A stretch of 64,000 bases of DNA from positions 21,514,001-21,578,000 of the forward strand of contig OZ024742.1 of assembly GCA_964016885.1 (NCBI GenBank). The letters run 5' to 3'. The notes beneath the pieces were generated by a model. The model did not search any database and was not told the DNA's origin. It saw only the letters and a list, made by a program, of their open reading frames with translations. This document shows, piece by piece, positions 26,430 through 37,840 of the stretch; positions within the stretch are counted from its first letter, which is position 1, and every line of letters begins with the position of its first letter. This DNA is from Eledone cirrhosa. Lineage: Eukaryota. The position numbers and the translations under genes were made by a program.

Positions 26430-28416
26430 ATGGCTAATTCCCCTCTGCACGAAGCAGCTGAAAGCCTTCCTCACAAAATAACACCTCACACCGACACCAC
26501 CATTGTAAATGTTACTACGTTTGCCAACACAAAAAAAAATATAAGCAGTAGCAATATTTTAAATTTGTCTCAGGCAGACATTCATTTCCCGCCATTACCA
26601 ATGACTGCAGGTGTTAAACCCTCCACCACCACCACCACCGCGACAACCACCACCACCACCACCACCGCGACAACAGAAACAAAAGAAGAAAAAAATAAAT
26701 TAACTCGTGACGTCGAAATGAAATCAAGCAAAATGGACTCTTCCCCACCAAAGACAACTGACGTCACCACCAGCACAACTGAAAATAAAATTAATATTAA
26801 CGATAGCAACAACAACAACAATGACATTATAAAACCGACCCTCAGTTTCGCCATCGTAGCAAAACAATTCGAAGCGTTCACGGTAACTCAAGAAGATTTA
26901 GAAAATGCCAAACAAATGGTAAAGAAAGATGGGTACAGGGTCAGCCTCACCCCCCCACCTAATAAAATGGAGCATCGGCGCCTGTGCACCGTGTCGTATA
27001 GAACAATAAATGTAAAATTGCGCCGAGTGGAACGGGCATCCGAGTCCCAAATCCAAAAAGCTTTGGGACATGTGTGGGCAAGAAAAACCCACATCAGACG
27101 TGGGCAAAAGTATGGAACCGTGGATGTGTTCTTTGAAACACCAGAGGAGGCTAGAGAACACTCCATGGCCCCATTAAAAAGTGACGACTTCACACTCGTC
27201 CCAAGCTATTGTGGCCAGAGACTCGTAAAGATCAGGGTGACCCACGTTCCACCGGCCATCGAAATTCCCTGGCTAATAGCGGCTGTCATCGCCGGCATCG
27301 AGGCCAACACGAAAATAATAACAATAGCAAAAGAAAAGCAGGAAAACTGGTCCGGATCTGGGATGGAGCTCCTGATCCAAGCGGACCAAAAAAGCATTGA
27401 GGAGATCCCAGAGGTAATAGACCTCACTGACGGCAGCCACCTCACGGTAATTGTCGAGGGCAGAAGACCTAGGTGTGTCGTTTGTGGTGAAGGAACCCAC
27501 CTAAGGGCTTTCTGCCCTCAGGCTAAAAGGTTGAGGCCACCTCTCCTACCCACCCCAGTGACACAACCATCAACACCACCAGAAGCAGAGATGCCAGCAA
27601 CAACTGTAGCAGCAACAACAGAAGCAACTATAACAGCAACAACCCCAGCAACAGTAGCAAAAACCAACACCACTACCACCACCAGCAAAACGAACACCAC
27701 CACCACCCAACGCTTCAGAACAAGCACCAGCGCCTACACCATCCACCACACCACAACCAAAACTAACGGCTGTGGAGGATTTTCCACTCCCCGGCCTATC
27801 ACAACTGGAGACAGATTGTGACGACGAGGAGTGGGAAACGATATCCGGAAAAAAAAAAAGAAACCAAAAAAGAAAAAATTCTCTTCCTTCCCCCTCCAAA
27901 AACAAAATACAGAGGGAAACAAATAAACTAAGAAACAAAAAAGTTAGGACAGATATGCCACCATCCACACCATCATCACCAACCCCATCAACCCAAACAC
28001 CAACACCATCACCATCATTATCCCCAGCACCACTATCACCTACACCACAAAAGTCACCAAAATACGAAACAGAAACAAACCCACAACAAACGCAAACAAA
28101 ACAAAACAACCAAAACGATACACACTACACAGCATTAAATTTGAACAACAAGCAATTATTACACTGCATCCAACACAACACCAGCATCACAGAAAAAGAC
28201 TACACAACAACCCCAAAATTCACACCACCTCCACACATACAAATCACTCGCATCACACAGAAAACGTACATGACACTAAAACAAAAATTCCCCAAAGACA
28301 TCGGAGACTTCCGACAAGCACTCTCCAGGAGGATTTATAAGGACATCCTTCCTGAGGAGGCCACAAGCAGTGAAAAGGATGGAAAAGCCGTCCTTCCCCT
28401 ACGAGAAGTAAGGTAA
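26430..28416 (+). CDS. Copy E ORF1 (CCHC knuckle protein), with a single frameshift near 27705 in the Thr-rich linker
   Basis: ORFs 26430-27821 and 27772-28416; CVVCGEGTHLRAFC. The frameshift may be a mutation or a sequencing error. Confidence 0.85.
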
Positions 28417-28450
28417 GTGGTCTTTCCCATCTTTTCCACTCCTTTTCAAC

Positions 28451-31400
28451 ATGACCTCACTCAGAATAGGCAGCATAAATGCGCGTGGCTTGGGGTCGTC
28501 ATGGAAGCAGGGTCACCTGCTCAACGACCTCAGGTCACTAAACATAGATGTAGTGGCCATCAGCGAGACCAGAATCTCCGAAGCACAGGCTTTCGCACCG
28601 ATCTTCGGCGGCTACGATGTGTACGCATCTCCCAGCCGTCCGGGATCGGGGGGAGGAGTTGCTGTGCTTTTGCGGAGAGGTTTGGATCTTGCCATACGGG
28701 CCATCTTCCTGGACCCAGAAGGTAAGTTGGTGGTGCTGGACGTGACCAGCGGAGACGGGCAAGCTTTCAGGTTAGTGGCCGTCTATGCCCCGACAGGAGC
28801 AGGGCGGCCTGATTTCTTCCGGCGTCTGGAGACCTTTCTTGGAACGTCCCGCTCTTTAGTGTTAGTGGGCGACTGGAACGGGATCTTAGATGCACGCTGG
28901 GATTGTGTGGGATTAGTGGATAGGGAAGGAGGGTGCAAGAGTCTCACCAACCTGCTCAGACGTTTTGAACTGTCTGACAGGTACCGAATGGATTTCCCGA
29001 ATGTACGCATGTGGACTTGGACAAATCGCATAGGGTCATCCAGATCATATCTAGATAGAGTATTTTGTAGGGAAATAGATAGGTCTAGCATAGGCTGTCC
29101 ACAATTCAAGATAGTCAGCTACACGGACCACAAATTCGTGATCTGTGTGCTTGACTTAGATAGGCTTCATAGACGAGGACCCGGCTACTGGAAGTTAAAC
29201 GCGTCCTTACCAGCGCGCAAGGCCTACAGAGACCGGATTAGCGAACTAGTTAAGCGGGCGTTGACGGGGGCCATCGTCAACAACAAGTGGTGGTTTGCTC
29301 TGAAAAGAGCAATTAGAATAGAGTCCATTAAGTTTAGTAAGACTTTAGCAATAGAGAAAAATAGAGCAGAGGGAGAATTAGTTAGAAAATTAGATGAGGC
29401 GCTTAGCAAAGGCATCGCGACCGACGTGCTTGCGGCGAAATTGGCCCTTGACCAATTCTTCAATGCAAAGCACGAAGGCTGCGTTGTCAGAGCTAGGGTG
29501 CGTGCTCTCAGACACGAGGGGACGAAAGCCGTTCAATGGGCCCGAGTGGCGGAGGCGCGTCGTGGCAACAAAGCCACGATCCGGTCTTTGGTGGACCACG
29601 ACGGGCGCATGCTACTCGATCCCGGGCAAATGTGTGAAGCTTTTCAGCAACACTTCGCTCAACTGTTCGGGGACAGTGGCGGGCCGGATCGAGGGATGGA
29701 CTTTAGTGTCTACCTCGACGGACTGCCGCGGCTTTCGGCCACTGAGGCGGAGTGTTGCGAAAAGCCGATAACAACCGCTGAAGTACGGGATGCAATGACT
29801 AGTTGCACAAGGGGTAAATCGCCTGGTTTGGATGGTCTGCCCTATGAACTTTACGTACAAATGCCAAACTTGTTCGGAGGCCTCTTGGCGGACGTCTACT
29901 GCAACTGGCAACAGAATGGGAGAATTCCCAGCTCTGTGAGCCGAGGAGCGGTGGCGCTGCTGAGAAAGGATCCGAACAAGGGGGATAACATAGATAATTT
30001 TAGGCCCATAACTCTGCTAAACACAGAGTTCAAGATTTTGGCCAAGGTGCTAGCAAAGAGGTTGGCGCTTGTCGTTGGTGGTCTGGTGGGAGAGGCACAG
30101 ACATGCGCCATTCCCGACAGATCCATCCACGACAACCTCCACCTCATGCGATACATCGTAGAGAGGGTAGCTAGGGAACCTGGCACGGGTGGGTCTTTGA
30201 TCAATTTAGATCAGTCGAAAGCCTTCGATAGGGTCGACCATCGTTACCTAGCGGCAGTCCTGAGGGCGGCTGGCTTTGGGCCCGTCTTCAGAGGCTGGAT
30301 CGCTGCCATGCACAGCGACATCTGCTCTGTAGTGAGAGTGAACGGTCACCTTTCGGAACCGTTCAACATCATGCGCTCGGTCCGCCAAGGATGTCCCCTC
30401 TCGTCCCTATTGTACGTATTGACTCTCGAGCCATTACTGCACAAACTGGAGACGTTGAGGGGGGTCCCGCGCGAACTAGGATGCGGAAGATCCGTGTCAG
30501 CATATGCCGACGATGTCACCGTAGTGGTGTCGAACGCCAAACACATCGAGGCGATCGGCACTACACTAAGAGAATACGAAGCGGTGACAGGAGCAATGAT
30601 CAACCAGGAAAAGTCAGTGGGCCTGCAGCTCGGCACCTGGAGAGGCAGGTCCATGCCGTCCAACAGCGTCGTCGGGCGCTGGACGGACGGACCGGTTAAA
30701 TTGCTAGGGGTCTGGTTCGGTCCAGACCTCCAGACGGACAAAAACTGGGACGAGGTGACGAGCAGGGTGGCTTCTCTCACCCAGAAATGGGCCGAGAGGA
30801 AGCTATCCCTGAAAGGTCGAGCGGAGGTGGCGAATGCGTACATCGCATCCGTCATCTACTACCGCCTGACCGTCGTACCTTGTCCTAAGCCCCGCCTGAC
30901 TGCGCTGGAGCGTTTGCTCTTTCGCTTCTTGTGGAAGGGACGCGCTCCGATGGTCAGGCGGTCCATCTGCTGTCAACACCCGCTACGTGGAGGGCTGGGC
31001 ATGCCGTGGCTGATGATGTGCAGACACGCGCTCAGGCTACGACATCTCCACCTCTTCCTCGACGGTGATCAGGTGTGGTCGCCGTTTGCAAGACACGTTT
31101 TTCCCCAGCTCGTCTCCTTGACGGAGCTGCAGTCCTGGGTCAAGCGAAGACCGAGAGGGAGCGCTTGGAGACTGGAATGTCTTCAGGCGCTCACAGCCCT
31201 CGACCAATCGGGCAATGTGATCGGTGGAAACTCCACCTTGGCGTTCTATAGGGGATTAGTGGAGGGGAAGAGCGACGACGTACTTGGAGAAACTCTAGGC
31301 GTCGACGAAAATCAACTAGCCAATCTCTTCGGAAGGACTTTCGGGCCGGGGCCTATGGACAACTTCCAGAAATCCCTGGCCTGGCAGTGCTACCGAGGAG

Positions 31401-31870
31401 CTTTGCCAGTTCGGGATAAACTCTACAGGCATGGAGGTGCCGTCAGCCGGACATGTCCGAGATGCGCGCAGGGCGACGAAACCGTCCTGCACGCACTCGT
31501 CCAGTGTCCGAGCATTGCTGACTTGTGGGTTTATGTCGAACACCTGCTGTCACGTGTAGGACGGATCCAGCTATCAGCTGAGTCCATCGTGAGGATTGCC
31601 CCGCCCCCTTCCTTTAGCCTGGAAGGGCAGGCAGTTTTTATCTGTCTGGTGGCCATGGCGAAAGAGATAGTATGGTGGACACGTTTGAAAGGGCTGAAGA
31701 CGAGCACTTACCTCTTCGGTGATGCCCTGATTAACTTTTTCAAATTTCATTTGAAAAGGAAAATCAGGGTAGAGAGGGAAGTGCTCTCTTCCCAGCATTT
31801 TGTTGAAAGATGGGTGAGAGAAGCAAGTATGGCCCGAATGAATGGGCCTTCTCTGAGTATGTGTCTGTAA
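28451..31870 (+). CDS. Copy E ORF2: APE endonuclease, reverse transcriptase, zinc finger, 1139 aa, apparently intact
   Basis: All EN and RT motifs present, including SPGLDGLP, YADD and CPRCAQGDETVLHALVQC. Confidence 0.97.
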   Translation: MTSLRIGSINARGLGSSWKQGHLLNDLRSLNIDVVAISETRISEAQAFAPIFGGYDVYASPSRPGSGGGVAVLLRRGLDLAIRAIFLDPEGKLVVLDVTSGDGQAFRLVAVYAPTGAGRPDFFRRLETFLGTSRSLVLVGDWNGILDARWDCVGLVDREGGCKSLTNLLRRFELSDRYRMDFPNVRMWTWTNRIGSSRSYLDRVFCREIDRSSIGCPQFKIVSYTDHKFVICVLDLDRLHRRGPGYWKLNASLPARKAYRDRISELVKRALTGAIVNNKWWFALKRAIRIESIKFSKTLAIEKNRAEGELVRKLDEALSKGIATDVLAAKLALDQFFNAKHEGCVVRARVRALRHEGTKAVQWARVAEARRGNKATIRSLVDHDGRMLLDPGQMCEAFQQHFAQLFGDSGGPDRGMDFSVYLDGLPRLSATEAECCEKPITTAEVRDAMTSCTRGKSPGLDGLPYELYVQMPNLFGGLLADVYCNWQQNGRIPSSVSRGAVALLRKDPNKGDNIDNFRPITLLNTEFKILAKVLAKRLALVVGGLVGEAQTCAIPDRSIHDNLHLMRYIVERVAREPGTGGSLINLDQSKAFDRVDHRYLAAVLRAAGFGPVFRGWIAAMHSDICSVVRVNGHLSEPFNIMRSVRQGCPLSSLLYVLTLEPLLHKLETLRGVPRELGCGRSVSAYADDVTVVVSNAKHIEAIGTTLREYEAVTGAMINQEKSVGLQLGTWRGRSMPSNSVVGRWTDGPVKLLGVWFGPDLQTDKNWDEVTSRVASLTQKWAERKLSLKGRAEVANAYIASVIYYRLTVVPCPKPRLTALERLLFRFLWKGRAPMVRRSICCQHPLRGGLGMPWLMMCRHALRLRHLHLFLDGDQVWSPFARHVFPQLVSLTELQSWVKRRPRGSAWRLECLQALTALDQSGNVIGGNSTLAFYRGLVEGKSDDVLGETLGVDENQLANLFGRTFGPGPMDNFQKSLAWQCYRGALPVRDKLYRHGGAVSRTCPRCAQGDETVLHALVQCPSIADLWVYVEHLLSRVGRIQLSAESIVRIAPPPSFSLEGQAVFICLVAMAKEIVWWTRLKGLKTSTYLFGDALINFFKFHLKRKIRVEREVLSSQHFVERWVREASMARMNGPSLSMCL

Positions 31871-32112
31871 ATTAAAGGTGGAAAACTGGGAGAGGGCACT
31901 TGCCCTGGTGGTCAGGGCCACTGTGGTCTTTTAATGGGCTTTCTCCACAAATGTCCCTTGGAAGTCTCCCCCCTATTGGGGAATTTTTCTTTGTTATTTT
32001 ATTTCAACCTCTGTTTTTTTACACGCAGAAATGCCCATTTGTGCCGTCCTGTATTGTCCTGTACTGTCCTTAATGTCTACTTTATGTGAACCCTTGTGGT
32101 TAATAAAGAAAA

Positions 32113-32168
<56 letters not shown>

Positions 32169-32169
<1 letters not shown>

Positions 32170-32395
32170 GGTGGTCGATTGGCAGTATCGGTAAAGCGTT
32201 GGACAATATGCTTCATGTCATACAGTTACACTCCTATATGATCTGAGTTCAAATCCCGGCGAGGTTAACTTTGCCTTTCATCCTTACGGGGTCGATAAAA
32301 TAAAGTACCAGTAATTCACTGGGGCCGATTTAACCGACTTTCTTCTCCCCAAAAATTTCTGGCCTTGTGCCTTTATAAGAAACCATTATTATTAT
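32169..32395 (+). mobile_element. tRNA/Nin-core SINE (long variant) directly after the copy E tail
   Basis: A and B boxes, core, 3' CCTTGTGCCTTTATAAGAAACCATTATTATT. Confidence 0.88.
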
Positions 32396-32739
32396 TCATA
32401 ATATTTATGGAAAAATTCATAGCGCTGTTCATCGGTTCTAATCGTACCGAAGTCATGTTATCGGGTTCGATGAAATATAATATCAATCAATGAAGTAATG
32501 GTATCGATATAATCGATTGATCTCTGTGACTAAATTGGCAAATATTATATTTTTATTCTTTAATCTTTTAATACGAGGCAAGCTATTGTATGCATGTATT
32601 GTATACGATGTCCATATGAGATTCGACAAAAACGATGACTGATGTTGGAAACTGGTGTATAATTATTACCTCAGCCTCTATTATAATGACATGATAGAGA
32701 TGATGGGAACAATATGGCGACCATGATTATAACTACAAT

Positions 32740-33084
32740 GATGGATTTGATGACAATGATAGTATGGAATACTGAGATAATGACAATGATGATTTGTGAT
32801 TATTATAACGATTAAGGTTGATAATTATAATGATGACGATGATGATGGTTGTGGTGGTAATGGTAGTGAGGGTAATGCTGTTGATGATGAAGATGATGAT
32901 GATGATGATGCTGATGATGATGACGATTATGATGATGATGTTGGTGGTGGTTGTGGTGGTGGTGATGGTGGTGGAGGTGGTGGTGGTGATGGTGGTGGCG
33001 GTGGTGGTGATGGTAATGATTATGATGGTGGTGGAATTGGTGGTGGTGATTGTGATAATAATGATGATTTTGATGATGATGATA

Positions 33085-33116
<32 letters not shown>

Positions 33117-33236
33117 GGTGATGATGATGATAAATATGATGATGAACATCATGATGATGTTGATGATGATGAGGATGATGATGATGAGGATGATGGTGGG
33201 ATTGGTGGTGGTGGTGGTGGTGGTGGTGATAATGAT

Positions 33237-33270
<34 letters not shown>

Positions 33271-33400
33271 ATGATAATGATGATGATAAGTTGGCGGTGA
33301 TAATCATTAATGACATGTATGTGAACGCTAATGATGTTAATAAAATCCGCTATGTGGACAACTATGGTTATGTTTGAGGATAATAATAATGTTAATAATA
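32740..33400. repeat. (GAT/GGT)n low-complexity tract
   Basis: Direct inspection; produces spurious poly-D/G/M/V/I ORFs. Confidence 0.92.
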
Positions 33401-34739
33401 ATATTTTTCTTTCAGATAACACCACTGAACTCATTGTACCTAGATTACAAAGGGGCTGAAATAAAATTAATTGAAGACTTTGTCTAACTTCATTACTTTG
33501 GATCAGATATCCATCTCAACTCATTAACGTATATTTCAGTCAGCCGATTATCTTAGAGGATTAATTCTCTTCATAAAAATAACGTATCAATTACCAGAAA
33601 ATATCAGAAAGACAAATTATCTCTGATTTCTAAATTCTGAAACGTCGTTATCCAATTAATTCCTGGTGATTTAATCCTTACATTCCATTCTCCCTGCCAA
33701 ATAAATATTGTTCTATCCATATGTGCTTCACAATGTCAGCTAAACCACAATGTAAGGAATCCTATACAAAAGCCATGCTTTCAAACTCGGTTATGTATTA
33801 TCAGTACATTACCTAATAATTCAAGCTCAGACACACATGATTAGACTTAATGTAAACACATTCCAATTTTCACCTCTTAATAGAAAATAAGAATAGGATC
33901 CACGAGCATTTTCATAGACCCTATCACTGGTGGAAGGGAAATAGAGAGGTTTCTCACTCTCGGAGAACTAGTCCAAAAGCTTACACCAGAGACGACTTTG
34001 ATCAAACACAGACGGATTATATGTGGTTGAACCAGACAATGAATTAATTCAAACAGTTGGCTTCGATGGTACTGGAACTCCAAATGCCATGGGCCACCTT
34101 TCGTTTTCTCTCAATCTGGCACAAATATATTACACTGAAGAAAAATCTTTTATGCTACAGTCCTTCTTTTCTTTTTCTTCTATTCATTTCCATTTTTCAT
34201 AACTTTTTGTTCCATTTTAGAGATTATCTGCCTTGGCGGTAAGAATTAAGAACGTCAGAATTTTATTAGATTTCTCATATTTTGATTTCAATCCAAGGAA
34301 ATGTTAATACATAATCTGAGTTGGTAAAAATATAATTGATTATCGCAATAAAATCTTTTGCCAAATTATTGATTCTTTCACTATTAGTTATATAGGAATA
34401 CTGATAAGAGTGCAATGTAGTTTTCCTGAATTGTTGTGCCAAATATGGCGGATTGTGTGATTTAAAAGGACTACAGCTATGCGAATAGGGCATTACATTT
34501 TAAATATGTCGTTGAAAAAGATGTTGAGTAGTCGTTAATATTTTGGGTATAAAATTCCTCCGTGAAACGAAGAAAAGTAGAAATTAATTCGGAGCAGGAC
34601 ATATAGTGTTTAGCTTATGCATAAGAACAACACATAATGTGCTGCTCCGATTACGTATATTTTGTTTGGAAGCCTAATTTCTGTTTTTTCTTTCCTCTCT
34701 TAAGTTTCAGAAAGAGGTGTTCGATCTGAAATAATTTTC

Positions 34740-34938
34740 GGTTGATTCACCGTTGAGCGTCAAGGCCAATTGCTTAGGCGTGTATTTTTCAGCTCTTAAT
34801 ATTCTGGGTTCAAATCCGGCCGAGGTCACTCATCCTAGGTTGATGAATAAAGCGATACAGTCAAGTAGGGTGGTCGACACAATCAAAGTCTCCTTGCCCG
34901 CCAAATTGCTCGCCTTGTGCCAAACTTAGAAACATTTT
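34740..34938 (+). mobile_element. Degenerate SINE copy
   Basis: GGTTCAAATCCGGCCGAGG and CCTTGTGCCAAACTTAGAAAC. Confidence 0.7.
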
Positions 34939-35049
34939 TATCCGAAATTTCTGGAATAAATAAACATTTTGATAAAGTTTTATTAATGTAATTGCTTACA
35001 TAGATACAAGGTCAGACAATATATAGGGAGGAGGCCGTCAGTTATACTA

Positions 35050-35524
35050 CAGACTGTCATATCACTGTTTTGGCTCACTTCTCCCCGTCTGCCCGTTGTG
35101 TGAAAATAGGTATATTTTTGTTGTTATACTTGGGTACGGTCATATTGTTATAATAATATTATCAGAAATAATAACAGAACACACTCACTGTTTGGTTGGT
35201 TTTCGTTTCTGTATCTTTAAATATCTCCATAGTTAATTTATTTGGCAATCAATGTTTATCATTGATTGAACAACGGTTAAAAAATACGGATATGAATATA
35301 TATAGTCTATCAAAGTTCTTTCGTTGCACATCTGCAACATCATCAGTGGTACTATCATTATGTTCCCTCCTATTGTATTGTATTGTAATGTCTACGCCAT
35401 TTTTGTTTTATTTATTTATTTACTTTATGTAAAATCCTCCCATTTTTCCTCATTTCTCTCCGTTTGAAGGCACTTTTTTACTCATGGTATTCCCCGTTTG
35501 GGGTTTTAAAGGTTGTCAGGTCTG
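35050..35524. mobile_element. Longer, degenerate relative of the 14583-14776 MITE in opposite orientation
   Basis: 35432-35524 is the reverse complement of the left arm of the 14.6-kb MITE, ending GGTTGTCAGGTCTG. Confidence 0.55.
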
Positions 35525-37419
35525 CTACCCCATAACTAGCATTTTATTTTAAACACCCCAGACAGAAAATATGAAACGGTGCCTTTGGGTGAATTTGAAT
35601 TCAGATCGTAAAGAACTGCGGCAATACTGTAAATTATTTTATTTCAGGTGCTAAAATGTCAGAAAAACAATTTTAATTCCTCACTTCTCTCGAAATAGGT
35701 GCTAATAATTTAGATTAGTTACATAAGTCACTATTGATATTTTCGGCTTTATTTGATTTAAATACTTTTAAGGCAATTGAAAAAAAATACAATTTTATTG
35801 ATTACGTTAGTTTTAAATATTCTGTACCATTGGTATAGAATTCCAGCGTTTCCTAGGAAATACATAACATAGAAATTGATAACAAAAGTCAACGTGAGTT
35901 CCATTGTAATTCTCTAAGTATCAGACTTCGTTTCAAACAAAATGAAAATAAATATTTCCTACATACTTATATATTCTTATAGAAGTCACCATTTCTGTGA
36001 CGAAACGGAGACTGCTATAGCAATTTCTACATTTTTTTTCTTTCAATATACATTTAGAAACTCAACTACAGCTTTCAAAGAAAATAATATACATGTGGAT
36101 ACCTAGAATATTATGCTAATCTAGAATTCTCACCAGAAACAGCATGGTGAAAGAGAAACGAAATCTACGATATTTCTTGATATTGATAAAGCTAGGCAGT
36201 AGAAAACTATTTTCCAGTATTAATCTGTATAATGATATCTGGAAGGCCGTGGATCTAGAATTATAAATGAATCCCACAAACAATTCTCCAAAAAGTGATA
36301 ATATAAGAAGGGAACGTCTGAAGATGCTTCTAAAGCTGGTGTATTGTGATAAAAGCAGGTTTCTGAAATATGTATTAGCTTCCTTTGTATGGGATTCTCT
36401 TTATTCTCATAAAACTTCCCGTGTATTATGTCTGAATAAGATATATATATATATATATATATTTTTTTATTATTCAGATTTTTCTTCGACTGCCTCGTAT
36501 ATATATATGTGTGTGTGTGCGTGTATGTGTGTGTCTGTATATGTGTGTGTATGTGTGTGTGCGTGTGTATATATATGTATGTATGGCAAAAGAAGGGACA
36601 AGTGACAACTCTGATTAAATTAACACGGTAGAGTACGTTCTTTGAAGCTGGTTTGATGAAAGGCAATGTCGACATATCTTCTGGAGACATTAACTATAAA
36701 CTTGCAACTTTTTGCGATTCCAAATATTTTTGGACATATTCTTTAAAATTCATCCTACCTTTCTAAAATTAGACTACATGACAATTATATATTGTTTGTT
36801 TCACGACAAAACAAAGGAAAGGATATTTATTAGAGTTGCAACAGTTTGTAGTGAAAGAAAATTACTTCCCATAGTTATAATTATATAGACTTGACGGTTG
36901 CGTTTACCTTCGAAGACAGTTGCTAGGTAATAAAATCTGTGATCAGAAGACATTATCAAAACCGAGGAAAACAAGATAAATCATTATATAAGGATAAAAT
37001 AAATAAAAAATTGGCGTAAAACAAATGAAATAGATTTCTTATATTGCATAGAAATATCTATATGTAATATTATTAGAATTCTTATTCATATTTCATACTG
37101 TACATTTTATTGTTGTTCATAATATCAATCTTCTTCAACATATTAACTCTATTATAGTAGGTTATTTTCTTACTTATGAAAATGGAAAAAAATGATAGTT
37201 AAGACAAACATTTATATGAACCAATGACAAAAATATGCATATGTACAGATATAGGAGCCTGCTAGATTTTTTATCCATCCCTATTCGTTGACGGAATATG
37301 TTCCGAGAATTGAATTTAAAATGTTCGGAATTTTGAAGCGTTGTCAAAGTAAAGACAGGTAACATATCAAACATACATATATCACATCCATAACACTTCC
37401 ATCTTCTTTTTCTATTTCT

Positions 37420-37840
37420 TCTCCTCCTCCGTCTTCTTCTTCGCCCACTTATGCCTGAGAGGGTCGTGGGCAAGAGTCGTGAAACACTCCTTCTAACATG
37501 ACCTTTAAGAAGCAACCTTCTCCAGCTGATCCGGCTAGATGCACAAATGAGACCAGCCATGCCGTTGGATGTTATCCAACCATCTTGCTCGAGGTTTACT
37601 CCTGTCTGTCTTACCGGTTGGTTTTGCCGTAAAATATGTCTAGCGATTATTTGCTGAAATATTCTAACCACATGCCCATAGTATCGAAGCCGTGATCTCT
37701 CAATTCGGAGAAGTAGCGGCTCTACTTGGAGTGACTCTCTGATCTCCGAGCTACGCACTCTATCAAGTAACGTTACTCCAAAGACCATTCCGAGGAATCC
37801 CATTTCGGCCGCTTCTATGCACGATCGTTTTCTTACGTAC
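37420..37840 (-). mobile_element. RTE-clade LINE 3' fragment
   Basis: GVTLLDRVRSSEIRESLQVEPLLLRIERSRLRYYGHVVR, followed by a GAA-rich tail. Confidence 0.8.

Larger units (their letters stand above)
26221..32168 (+). mobile_element. Full-length Tx1-like non-LTR retrotransposon, copy E
   Basis: Same layout as D; starts directly after the tail of D; (ATT)n tail 32114-32168. Confidence 0.95.

Noticed and set aside
21240-27780. Programmed frameshift in ORF1
   Set aside because: The frameshifts in D (~21260) and E (~27705) are at non-homologous positions; mutation or sequencing error is more likely.
22548-31921. Overlapping and antisense ORFs repeated in copies D and E
   Set aside because: Shadow frames of the GC-rich ORF2, repeated only because the copies are near-identical.
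32733-33434. Long ORFs on both strands (poly-D/G, poly-M/V, poly-I/T)
   Set aside because: Products of the (GAT/GGT)n tract; the same applies to 12807-13429.
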